In this document: piece by piece, positions 49,269 to 58,432 of the stretch | Numbering within the stretch: position 1 is the stretch's first letter | How the letters are laid out: each line of letters begins with the position of its first letter | Assembly: GCA_963754835.1 (NCBI GenBank) | Contig: CAVWHR010000047.1 | Span: 35,568 to 99,567, forward strand | Length of the DNA: 64,000 nucleotides | Reading direction: 5' to 3' | Source: an uncultured Chloroflexia bacterium | Lineage (GTDB): Bacteria > Chloroflexota > Anaerolineae > Anaerolineales > Villigracilaceae | Translations under genes and position numbers: made by a program | The notes under the pieces: generated by a model | Seen by the model: only the letters and a program-made list of their open reading frames with translations | Databases searched by the model: none | What the model was told of the DNA's origin: nothing

Positions 49269-51064
49269 CCCAGCCACATGAGGTATTCATCAGTTATTCC
49301 AGCCAGGACAAATCTACAGCTGAAGCTATCCGGGAAACTCTCGAGAATGCGTCCCTGGGGTGCTGGATTGCTCCACGCGACATCACTCCTGGCCTGAAAT
49401 ATGCTGAAGCGATCCTGGATGGCATCGACCAATGTAAGGTATTCTTGCTGGTACTCACAGAATCCGCCAATGCCTCCCCACAGGTTGAGATGGAGGTCAA
49501 TCGGGCGGCCAGTCAGAATAAGCTCATCCTGTCACTCAAGCTGGACCAGACCAAGCTATCCAAATCGCTTGAATATTACCTGGGCAACCGGCACTGGCTG
49601 GAGGCTCCCAACCCACCTGGGGAAAAGCACAACCAGGCGCTGATCTCTGCGGTCCGGCAATTAATCTCTCCCGGCGAGTCGCAACCGGGACTAGCCGCCA
49701 TGGACAAGGAAGAGCATGTAATTCCTGCCACGCCGATCGTTCCAGAGGAGAGGAAACGAATGGCAACCGTTCCTTCCAACCCGTTCACCTTTGGGAACCC
49801 GATCAACGAACCGGAACGATTCATTGGGCGGAAGACCGAAATTCGCCAGATCCTCAACCGTTTGCTCTCCAGCGCCCATGAAAGCACATCCATCATCGGA
49901 GAACGCCGCATCGGCAAGACTTCCCTGCTGTATCACCTTTCCAATCCCGAGATCGCCGAGACTCTCGGCCTGGCCCCCAACCAATTCTGCCTGTTTTATG
50001 TGGACTTTCAAGGCCTGACCGATATCACCCCGCAACGTTTCTGGCAGCGGGTGCTTGGCAAGATGGCGAAATCCATTTGCGATGACAGTTTGAAACCGGT
50101 CATCGAATCCGTCATTAAACAAAATAAATTCGACTTGTTCGACCTGGAGGATGTCTTCGAAAAAACCCAGGATCACGGCCTGACTGTCGTTCTGTTCATG
50201 GACGAATTCGAATATGTCACCCAGAACCAGAACTTCAAATCAGATTTCTTCGGCGGGCTGCGCGCCCTGGCGATCCATCATGGGGTGGCGCTCGTCCCGG
50301 CTACCCGGCGCGAACTGGCTGACCTATGTCATTCGGAGGAGATCAAGGGCTCGCCATTCTTCAATATTTTCGCCAACGTGGTCCTGCGTCCGTTCTCCCG
50401 CGCCGAAGTTGATGAACTGCTGGATGGTTATTCCAAGGAGAGCGGACGATCCTTCGACCCGGGCGATCGCGCTTTTATCTGGAACCTGGGCGGTGGCTAT
50501 CCACTTTTCGTGCAGATGGCCGGTTACTATCTGGTCGAAGGCCGGCTGCAAAACCTGGCTGGCAAAGACTTGGTTGAATTCGTCATTGATAACTTCAACC
50601 AGCAAACCGATTCGCATTACACCTACTTATGGGGCCATTGCTCGGATAGCGAAAAGATCGCCCTGCTGACTCTTCTGACCCTGAGACTCCAACCGGAAAC
50701 CCCTAAAAACGTTCCGACTCTCGAAAACCTGACCCGCCTGCGTACGCGTATTCCCCAGGATTTGGGTGTGCTGAAAAAAAGGGGGCTGATTTCTCAGACG
50801 GACGGTCAATATCGCATCTTCTCGTCCACTTTCGAGAATTGGATCCGCTTGGAAATCCTGTCATTCCCGGGGACAGAGGAATCCCAGACCACGGTGGAAG
50901 AATGGCTCAAATCAGGTGGAAGGGAGAATTTAAAAGAAACCAGGCAAGTGCTCCCCGGAATTAAAAAGAAATACTGGAGCCTCATGTCTGAGCTTTTCAG
51001 GGATTTCTCACTGGAATTCGCCGCCGTCGGCACCTTGGAGATCATCAGGACCTTTATTCATTAA
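49265..51064 (+). CDS. TIR domain fused to a STAND-type P-loop NTPase (no repeat or sensor domain)
   Basis: 599 aa with an ATGA overlap with paralog 5. TIR: VFISYSSQDKSTAEAI..CWIAPRDITPG..VFLLVLTESANASPQVEMEV. NTPase: NPFTFGNPI..FIGRK..IGERRIGKTS and VVLFMDEFE, homologous to the NTPase of the 1584-aa ORF. Confidence 0.85.
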   Translation: MTQPHEVFISYSSQDKSTAEAIRETLENASLGCWIAPRDITPGLKYAEAILDGIDQCKVFLLVLTESANASPQVEMEVNRAASQNKLILSLKLDQTKLSKSLEYYLGNRHWLEAPNPPGEKHNQALISAVRQLISPGESQPGLAAMDKEEHVIPATPIVPEERKRMATVPSNPFTFGNPINEPERFIGRKTEIRQILNRLLSSAHESTSIIGERRIGKTSLLYHLSNPEIAETLGLAPNQFCLFYVDFQGLTDITPQRFWQRVLGKMAKSICDDSLKPVIESVIKQNKFDLFDLEDVFEKTQDHGLTVVLFMDEFEYVTQNQNFKSDFFGGLRALAIHHGVALVPATRRELADLCHSEEIKGSPFFNIFANVVLRPFSRAEVDELLDGYSKESGRSFDPGDRAFIWNLGGGYPLFVQMAGYYLVEGRLQNLAGKDLVEFVIDNFNQQTDSHYTYLWGHCSDSEKIALLTLLTLRLQPETPKNVPTLENLTRLRTRIPQDLGVLKKRGLISQTDGQYRIFSSTFENWIRLEILSFPGTEESQTTVEEWLKSGGRENLKETRQVLPGIKKKYWSLMSELFRDFSLEFAAVGTLEIIRTFIH

Positions 51065-51157
51065 ATACGGCCATACCCATCGAACGACTTTACGGATAAG
51101 GGCAGGACCAATTGGAAAGTTGCGCAGGCAGGTTTCATGCCTCTTTGGAGAGGCTAA

Positions 51158-52510
51158 ATGGGACAAATGATCAAAAAGTTATTTAAAGATCTAACGTTAT
51201 GGGGATTGATCCTGGTCCTCTGGATTTGTTTTCTCTATCTGGGATACATCGGTTGGGTCCAATACGAATTGTTGAACAAACAAGTCTATGACACGGGGTT
51301 GGAAATTTATCTGACTATCCAGCTGGTTTCGATGAATTCCGGCGCGGTGGCCCAGCCCATTCCGTTGGCCCTGAACATTGCCAGATTTGCCTTACCGGTT
51401 TTAACCCTGCTGACAGCCATTAAAGCCTTTCTTGGCTTCTTTAAAGATCAGGTACGCACCATCCAGCTTTCCTTATTAAGCGGGCATGTCATTATCTGCG
51501 GGCTCAGCCGCAAGGGTATGCTCCTGGCCACCCGTTTCCGCCGGCAAGACGTGGACGTGGTGGTAATTGAGCAGGATGAGGACAACCCCTGGATCGAATC
51601 CTGCCGGGAAGAAGGCATGTTTACCCTGATCGGAGACGCCTCCGAACCCACACTGCTGCTCCACGCCGGCATACACCGGGCGCGCGGTTTATTCGCTGTG
51701 TGCGATGATGACGGTATTAATGCCGACATCGCCGTGGTGGCTAAAAACCTGCTGAACCAGGATCATCACTCACGAAAAAAACAAGCCTGGCTGCCCTTTG
51801 AACAGGCAAAGAAATCACAAGAAGGCCCTACTTTCAAAATCCTGATGCACAACGCCAACCCGCAATTAGTGGATTTATTACGCCACTATGGTCTACACCA
51901 ACCCCATTCAAATGTTCATATCATTCTGTTTAATGTCTTTGAGCGCGCCGCCTTCCAACTCCTGAATCAATATCCGGCCTGGGACGAGACCTGGATCGAA
52001 ACCGGAAAAGTGCCGCATATCCTTCTGGTTGGTCTGGGGCGCATGGGCGAAAATATCATCCTGCATGCCGCCGAAAAATGGTCTGCCAGCCACTCCTCAA
52101 CTGTCAGCCGTTTGCATTTCACCATCCTCGACCGCCATGCCACGGAAAAAGTGGAATCGCTGGGCGTGCGTTATCCCAGGCTTAACGCACAGTGTGCATT
52201 CACTCCCCTGCAAATGGAGATCAACTCACCGGAATTTGAGCGCGCCACCTTTTTATTTAACTCCCAGGCTGAGCCGGACATCGATCGCATTTATATCTGC
52301 ATCGACAACGATTCACTCGGCCTGCATGCCGGGTTGATGCTGCGCTCACGGCTTCCGCAGGGGACTGATATTCCCATTGTCATTCGCATGAGCGAAGAGA
52401 CCGGTCTGGCACGCCTGCTGGAAGATCACCGCAGACATCCGGAGGAATACCTCTCATTGGCGGCTTTTGGCTACCTGGACCAAACTTGCACACCGGACCT
52501 GCTATGGTAA
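51158..52510 (+). CDS. Membrane-anchored protein with two TrkA-N/RCK-like Rossmann domains
   Basis: 450 aa with three N-terminal hydrophobic segments and no K+ selectivity filter. GHVIICGLSRKGMLLATRFRRQDVDVVVIEQD..LIGDASEP, and a second Rossmann-like domain HILLVGLGRMGENIILH. Confidence 0.65.
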   Translation: MGQMIKKLFKDLTLWGLILVLWICFLYLGYIGWVQYELLNKQVYDTGLEIYLTIQLVSMNSGAVAQPIPLALNIARFALPVLTLLTAIKAFLGFFKDQVRTIQLSLLSGHVIICGLSRKGMLLATRFRRQDVDVVVIEQDEDNPWIESCREEGMFTLIGDASEPTLLLHAGIHRARGLFAVCDDDGINADIAVVAKNLLNQDHHSRKKQAWLPFEQAKKSQEGPTFKILMHNANPQLVDLLRHYGLHQPHSNVHIILFNVFERAAFQLLNQYPAWDETWIETGKVPHILLVGLGRMGENIILHAAEKWSASHSSTVSRLHFTILDRHATEKVESLGVRYPRLNAQCAFTPLQMEINSPEFERATFLFNSQAEPDIDRIYICIDNDSLGLHAGLMLRSRLPQGTDIPIVIRMSEETGLARLLEDHRRHPEEYLSLAAFGYLDQTCTPDLLW

Positions 52511-52684
52511 AGCTGATAAAATTTTTTATGTAAATCATGATAGAGAAACAAATCCATGCCGCAACAAACATTACGTACCTACCTAAACTCCGTCAGTTCC
52601 AGCTTAAGTGAATTGAAGGCTGAACGCCAAGACATATTTGATTGAACGCAGAACCTACTCTCGAACATGGTTGAGGAGGATAAG

Positions 52685-55336
52685 ATGAATAATCTCAAAG
52701 CAGAAAAAGTTGCCATCATCACCGGCGATGTCACCATGGACTGGAACCTGGCGCGCACACGCCGATCCAAGAACGATATATCCTTCTGGAGCGCAGATGA
52801 CACCACCAGCACTACCTGGCAGCGCGGCGGATGCACCCTGCTGGCAGACCTGGTAGAGGCGGTCGCCAAGGATTTACAGAGGAGTGGAGCATCCCAATTC
52901 TCCATCCGTCAGACCGGCGCGCCGCGCAGGTCCAACAAGGTACAGCCGGACAGTGACCAGTACCATCATTCGTATGCCATGTGGTCGCCGTTCAAGTATG
53001 GGGAGAAACCTGCCTGGCGGGTAGAAGAGTTCCTGGGATTAGACCGGTCCGTAAACGACGCCGATCAGAATTGGCAGAAGGTAGTTGGAAGATACCTCCG
53101 AAGCGGACCTGGTGATCCTGGACGATGCCGACCTGGGGTTCCGAAACCACCCGGAGCTCTGGCCGATGGCGCTCAATAACAAAGGGAAAGACCGTCCATG
53201 GATCCTGCTCAAGATGGCCAGGCCCCTGGCTCAGGGTCCGCTCTGGGAACACCTGCACCGGGACTTCTCAGACCGTTTGATCGTGGTCGCCACGGTGGAC
53301 GACCTGCGCTTGAGCGAAGTCCAGATCAGCCGTGAGCTCTCCTGGGAACGAACCGCCCAGGATAGTCTTCTGGGAGCTGGTCCATAACCCATGTGTCAAC
53401 TCGCTTTCGCACTGTGCCCATGTGGTCATTTCATTCGGACCAGCCGGGGCGATCCTCCTGTCACGGAAGGAGGAGAAGGGACCAGCCCGCTTTCCAGTGT
53501 TCCCTGTTCTTCGATCCGAAAGGCATCGAGCGAATGTGGGAGAAGGATTATCCCGGCGGGATGGTCGGCTACAACACTTGCCTGACCGCCGGTCTGGCTC
53601 GCCAGTGGATGCTATCTCCGGACCAACCCGATATCCAGTCGGGGATCCAGTCCGGGCTGGCTGCCATGCGGAACCTGCACCTGGAGGGTTACGGAGAACG
53701 GGGCACGCCCGCCTCCCAGGCCAAACTCGTCTTCCCGATCAAAAGAATCGCAGCCGCCCTGGCCCAACCGGCGAAGCAGTTTTCCGTTGCTCCCGTACAG
53801 GATCCGATGCGCTTCATCCAAAAGCAAGGGGGGCAGGCCGAGAAACCGCTGATCGAAGGCTTCTGGACGATCCTGCAGGATAAATTCAAGAGTGGACTGG
53901 ACCAGGTTGCCATGCAGGTCGTCCTGGAGGGACCGGAAGTGGCTTTGCAGGGAGTGCCCTGGGGACAGTTCGGCAACCTGCTGACGGTCGACCGCCAGGA
54001 GATCGAGAGCTACCGCAGCATCCGCAACCTGGTCGCCGAGTATGCCGGACAAAAGCAGGTGTCGCGCCCGCTTTCGATCGCAGTGTTCGGCACGCCCGGG
54101 ATCGGGCAAGTCCTTCGGCGTCACCGAGATGGCCAAATCGCTCCTGCCCGGCCAGATCGAACCGATCACCTTCAACCTTTCCCAATTCGATTCTGCCGAC
54201 GATCTAATATCTGCCCTCCACCAGGTGCGCGATATCGGCCTGAGCGGGAAGATCCCGCTGGTATTCTGGGACGAGTTCGACACTTCTCTGGGGGAAACGC
54301 CGCTCGGCTGGCTGCGTTACTTCCTGGCGCCCATGCAGGACGGCAAGTTCCAGGAGGGCCAGATCAGCCACCCGATCGGACGGGCCATCTTCGTCTTCGC
54401 CGGCGGGACCAGCTCCAGCATGGCGGAATTCGACAAGGGGATGGATGAGGACTTCAAGTCGGCCAAAGGACCCGATTTCGTCAGCCGGCTCAAGGGCTAC
54501 ATCAATGTCCTCGGCCCGAACCCGGTCAAGGGAAGCAGCGGAGACCCGTACTTCATCATCCGCCGGGCGATCCTGCTGCGCTCGAGCCTGAAGCGCAGCA
54601 CGCCGCAACTGTTCGAGAAACACGGCGGGAAGGAATTGCTAAATATCGACCGCGGGGTGCTGCGCGCCCTGCTGAAGATCGGGAAATACAAGCACGGAGC
54701 GCGCTCGATCGAGTCGCTCTTTGCCATGAGCCAGTTGACCGGCAAGACCGACTTCGAGCGTTCCTGCCTGCCGTCCGAATCGCAGCTCGACCTGCACGTG
54801 GATGGAAAGAGTTTCCTCTCGCTGGTCCAGCAGGTGGAACTGGAAGGAGAAATGCTCGAAAAGCCTGGCCGAAGCCGCGCATGAGGTTTTTTGCGAGGGG
54901 ATGAAGGCACGCGGCTTTCATTATGGTCCGCAAACCGATGAAAAGCTCAAGACCCACAATGCCCTCCTGCCTTTTGCCGAACTGCCGGAAGACTTGAAGG
55001 AAGCCAACCGGCTGAACGTACGCGACATTCCCGACCAAACTGGCATCGGCCGGATACATCATGATCCCGGCACGCAGCAACGAGCCGCCCTTCAACTTCC
55101 CCGGTGAACCCCTGGAGGAATTGGCAGAAGCGGAACACGAACGCTGGATGCAGTCCAAGCTCGACGATGGCTGGACATATGCCCCCGAGACAGACAAGGC
55201 GAAGAAGCTGCACAATTGCCTGGTGCCCTGGGATAAGCTGCCTGAGGACGAAAAAGAGAAAGACCGCGATCTGGTGCGCGGCATCCCGATGATCCTGGCA
55301 CGAGCAGGGTATGCAATTGTAAAAGCGAACGGCTAG
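52685..55336 (+). pseudogene. PfkB/ribokinase-like (weak) N-region + AAA+ ATPase + two RyR (ryanodine-receptor repeat) domains; six +1 frame breaks as assembled
   Basis: Phases run 2>0>1>2>0>1>2 through fragments 52667.., 53085.., 53332.., 53393.., 54042.., 54802.. and 55061..55336. Walker A is VFGTPG(S)GKSFGV and Walker B is LVFWDEFD. RyR-like units are LAEAAHEVFCEGMKARGFHYGP...LLPFAELPEDLKEANR and LAEAEHERWMQSKLDDGWTYAP...LVPWDKLPEDEKEKDR. ATG at 52685 follows GAGGAGG. Confidence 0.7.
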
Positions 55337-55357
55337 GATTTCAATCACCAGGACTGG

Positions 55358-55576
55358 ATGGAAAACAATCGCACGGTTTGGGCAGTGGTCGGTTTCATAA
55401 TCGGAGCAGTGGCGGGTAGCGGGTTGAGTTATCTTCTCCTGTTGCTGACTAATGTCTTCAATCGTCTGTTGGATAAGCCGCAGATCGCGATCAACTGGGG
55501 TCAAGTGCTGCCGCTAGGGTTCTTAATAGGGTTAGCCATTGCACTCAACTTGCTCAACTCCCCATTTGGAGATTAA
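55358..55576 (+). CDS. Small 2-TM membrane protein
   Basis: 72-aa ORF, 22 nt after the AAA-RyR gene, with two hydrophobic helices. Confidence 0.45.
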   Translation: MENNRTVWAVVGFIIGAVAGSGLSYLLLLLTNVFNRLLDKPQIAINWGQVLPLGFLIGLAIALNLLNSPFGD

Positions 55577-55675
55577 GGAACTCGAGCAGCGGAGCGTTGT
55601 GGGGAACCTAGCTGAAGTGCAACGCGAAAGCTGGATGTAATCCATAATCGAGGATAGCTGGACTACGGCCTCGAA

Positions 55676-55916
55676 ACGGACAAGTGATCGCCAATCCAAT
55701 CTCTGTTGAAAAGAGATATCTCTAAGACTACGGTGCCCCCTTATAAATAGGAGGTGCAGTGCTTTACAAGATTTTGTTGTTGCAGGATCCCATATATGGA
55801 CACAACTAGCCTCGCCTTGACCATATGTTGTGTTCCCTTGAGATTACATCGCCAAAGCAATATTGGGGCAAGCTTGGGCGGTGGCGCTAGTCATAGAAAT
55901 AGTGTATCACGGGCGG
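55676..55916 (-). repeat. Repeat family copy C, conserved core 55821..55916
   Basis: Same core as A, B and D. Its left arm is shared with copy A. On the minus strand it is contiguous with the IS91-like/recombinase relic at 55917..56200. Confidence 0.8.
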
Positions 55917-56200
55917 AGCGCGTCCGGTGACAGGGCAGAAGCCGTATTGCATATTTTTGGCGATAAGCGGTACCACACTGGCGAAATATATCAGCCAATT
56001 CCAACACCCCAGGCTCACCACCATTTCGTTTATCGTGTCGCTGATCTGTGCATCTGTTATGGAAGTCAGGCGAGTGGGGATGACTGTGGTGTGAGGAAGC
56101 ATGTCCCAGATAACTTTGGATCCTGCGCAGGTTTACACCGGCTTGGACATGGTTCCCGGCCTCCGGGGTGGGAACCACATGTCAACCATGTTCAAGCCTT
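55917..56200 (-). pseudogene. Relic: tyrosine recombinase C-terminus followed by the N-terminus of an IS91-family-like transposase
   Basis: The minus strand reads ..NHVQAGVNLRRIQSYLGHAS, then (shifted) LPHTTVIPTRLT. This fits the recombinase motif LGH..TT.IYTHLT, but with the Tyr position lost. It then reads (V)LELADIFRQCGTAYRQKYAIRLLPCHRTRSARDTL, which matches my recollection of IS91-family N-termini (LE.ADIFR..G.AYR...LP.HRRAM.DI). Confidence 0.5.
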
Positions 56201-56237
56201 TTCGTTAAGCGCGGAGTATATGCTCGCGAGACCTTTC

Positions 56238-56711
56238 TTATAGCCAGCGCCGCGTGCGCCTTTTGTACTCTGCCCACTCAGCGCCAAACCGAGCGGCCAA
56301 TTTCTGCTCCTCCATTCTGATGAACATTCTGTCCATTAAAAGACCGAAGGCGATGACCATCAGATAGGGCGTAACCGATCTCAAAAGCACGGCCACGCCA
56401 AAGAGAGCCAGCATAAAGCCCAGATACATCGGGTTTCTAGTCAGACGATATGGGCCATTTATTATGAGGGTGGAAGACACTTCAAACGGACACACCGGTG
56501 TATCGGCTTGATGAAAGATTTGATCCGCGTAGATATTGATGATGATGCCCAGAGCAAGAGGCAGCACACCCAGAAGATTCCAAGGCAATGGGATGAGCAT
56601 CATGACAGGCAGGAACACACCCAATGCAGATGCAACGACGAGGGCAATCAAGAGATAGGCTGGCGGTTTGATTTTGAAAGATTGCATGGCTTTCTCCTCT
56701 TGCAGTGACAC
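56238..56711 (-). CDS. Isoprenylcysteine carboxyl / phospholipid methyltransferase-family membrane protein
   Basis: 157 aa and multi-TM. GPYRLTRNPMYLGFMLALFG..EEQKLAARFGAEWAEYKRRTRRW is the ICMT/PEMT signature. Confidence 0.75.
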   Translation of the reverse strand: MSLQEEKAMQSFKIKPPAYLLIALVVASALGVFLPVMMLIPLPWNLLGVLPLALGIIINIYADQIFHQADTPVCPFEVSSTLIINGPYRLTRNPMYLGFMLALFGVAVLLRSVTPYLMVIAFGLLMDRMFIRMEEQKLAARFGAEWAEYKRRTRRWL

Positions 56712-56766
56712 GGCGACCCTTCAAGAAGCTCAGGGCCAGCGCCGTATCCCTGCAAATTATGAATGG

Positions 56767-57180
56767 TTATTCTTTCTTATCGGTCTCTGTCTTATCGTGC
56801 ATACGATCATGCCATTCCTGGAACATGGGCGGGACACCGTTCTCACCCCAGCCATGACGCCCGGCTCGGTGACCCATATATCCCCAGCGTGGTCCCCAGA
56901 AAAGGAAGCTAACCGCGCGCAAAGCAATGAACAGTAGGAACAGGGCAATCAGCGGGCCAAAGCAACCAAATCCAAACCCGAAAAATGGGAAGGGATGCCA
57001 GAAGAAAGGTATGCCATAATATGGATAGGGAACGCTGCCAGTCTGGCCGGCAGCGAGTGGAGGCAGTTTCATGGCCACACCCTGCGCCACGCCCGCATTG
57101 AAGGCGAAAAAGGCTATGCCGGCGATCACAGCGATCAATACCAGCACAGCTAAGATACGAGCAACAATTTTTCCGTTCAT
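56767..57180 (-). CDS. Hypothetical membrane protein (Gly/Phe/Pro-rich)
   Basis: 137-aa ORF with an N-terminal TM and a central FPFFGFGFGCFGPLIALFLLFIAL segment. Confidence 0.45.
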   Translation of the reverse strand: MNGKIVARILAVLVLIAVIAGIAFFAFNAGVAQGVAMKLPPLAAGQTGSVPYPYYGIPFFWHPFPFFGFGFGCFGPLIALFLLFIALRAVSFLFWGPRWGYMGHRAGRHGWGENGVPPMFQEWHDRMHDKTETDKKE

Positions 57181-57672
57181 TTTTCACTCCTTTTGTGAAT
57201 TCTGATCAGAAGTATAAGATTCGGTTGTGAATTGAGTGTGTATAAAAGAGGGAGATATGAATGGAAGCGCTTAATCCGACTCGACCCGTGGCTTTCTACT
57301 CAGCCATATTAACCCGCCAACTAGAGATTATCGAGGGCATGTTAATATGAACAGTTATTTTTGGAAAATCTGGCATACTTTCGAATCGCTATATCACCAA
57401 AGAGCTTCGGCAAACTACGCCCGCCTGTTTTTTTTGCAGGGACCTCATCAACTTCTGCACCTCCGCGCCTAGGCCAGCCGCGATGTGCCAAGTGAGTGAG
57501 GCAGATGTAAGATATATCGCGGGCAGGCAAGCATTTATAAATTAGAAAACTCGGGATGAACGCCAAGAAAATCATAAAAGTTTGTGTACTTCGCATGCCT
57601 GACAGTTGAACCCTCGCCGAATTCAACGCAGTCCGCGACCTTAAGTGAGCCCTGGCTGCCTTTTTTCATCCC

Positions 57673-57701
57673 TTGACTTAATTAACTAAACACTGTATAT
57701 T
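57673..57701 (+). promoter_or_regulatory. Near-consensus sigma70-type promoter for the TetR operon
   Basis: TTGACT (57673-78), a 17-nt spacer, then TATATT (57696-57701). AAGGAG lies 6 nt before the ATG at 57739. Confidence 0.55.
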
Positions 57702-57723
57702 AATAAACTAACAGTGTTCAGTT
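57684..57723. promoter_or_regulatory. Inverted repeat overlapping the promoter (candidate TetR operator)
   Basis: AACTAAACACTGT (57684-96) and ACAGTGTTCAGTT (57711-23): 12/13 complementary with a 14-nt spacer. Confidence 0.5.
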
Positions 57724-57738
57724 AATCAAGGAGCAACG

Positions 57739-58428
57739 ATGGTCAGGCCGACACTCAAGAAGCAAATCCCGAATTTGCAAGAAGCCATCAAGGATGCGGC
57801 GTGGAAGCAGATTGCCAAAGAAGGCGCGCCGGCGCTGTCATTGCGGGCGATTGCGCGCAATCTCAAGATCACTGCGCCCGCGATTTATAACTACTTCGCC
57901 TCCCGCGACGACCTTGTGACCGCGCTCATCATCGATGCCTACACATCCTTCGGCGATTCGCAAATCGAAGCGCGCGATGCGGTCCCGGCAAGTGACCACA
58001 CGGGACGACTGACAGCCATCGGTCTGGCATACCGCAACTGGGCACTTTCTCATCCACAGCGCTATCAATTGATTTTCGGGACGCCCATCCCCGGCTACGA
58101 GGCGCCGTTGGAACAGGTACTGCCCTCAGGAGCACGTTCGATGAGCGCCCTCGTCAGCATGATAGAAGCTCTGCGCGTGGCAGGCAAACTGAAGTCAGAT
58201 GGTTTCCCCGAAGTATCCCGTGCCTACAAACCAAAGTTTGAAATATGGAAAACTTATGCCGGAGAGGTGGACGTGCTAAGCATATCCATCGCCGTGTTGA
58301 TCTGGGCGCGTGTGCATGGCATCGTTTCGTTGGAGATCGCTCAAAATTTACCTCCCTTCGGTACAAACGGCGATGCCTTGTACCTCTACGAAATGGATTC
58401 CATCAGCCGGCAATTTATCAAGGAGTAA
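57739..58428 (+). CDS. TetR-family transcriptional regulator
   Basis: 229 aa with the HTH LSLRAIARNLKITAPAIYNYFASRDDL. Confidence 0.85.
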   Translation: MVRPTLKKQIPNLQEAIKDAAWKQIAKEGAPALSLRAIARNLKITAPAIYNYFASRDDLVTALIIDAYTSFGDSQIEARDAVPASDHTGRLTAIGLAYRNWALSHPQRYQLIFGTPIPGYEAPLEQVLPSGARSMSALVSMIEALRVAGKLKSDGFPEVSRAYKPKFEIWKTYAGEVDVLSISIAVLIWARVHGIVSLEIAQNLPPFGTNGDALYLYEMDSISRQFIKE

Positions 58429-58432
58429 ACCC

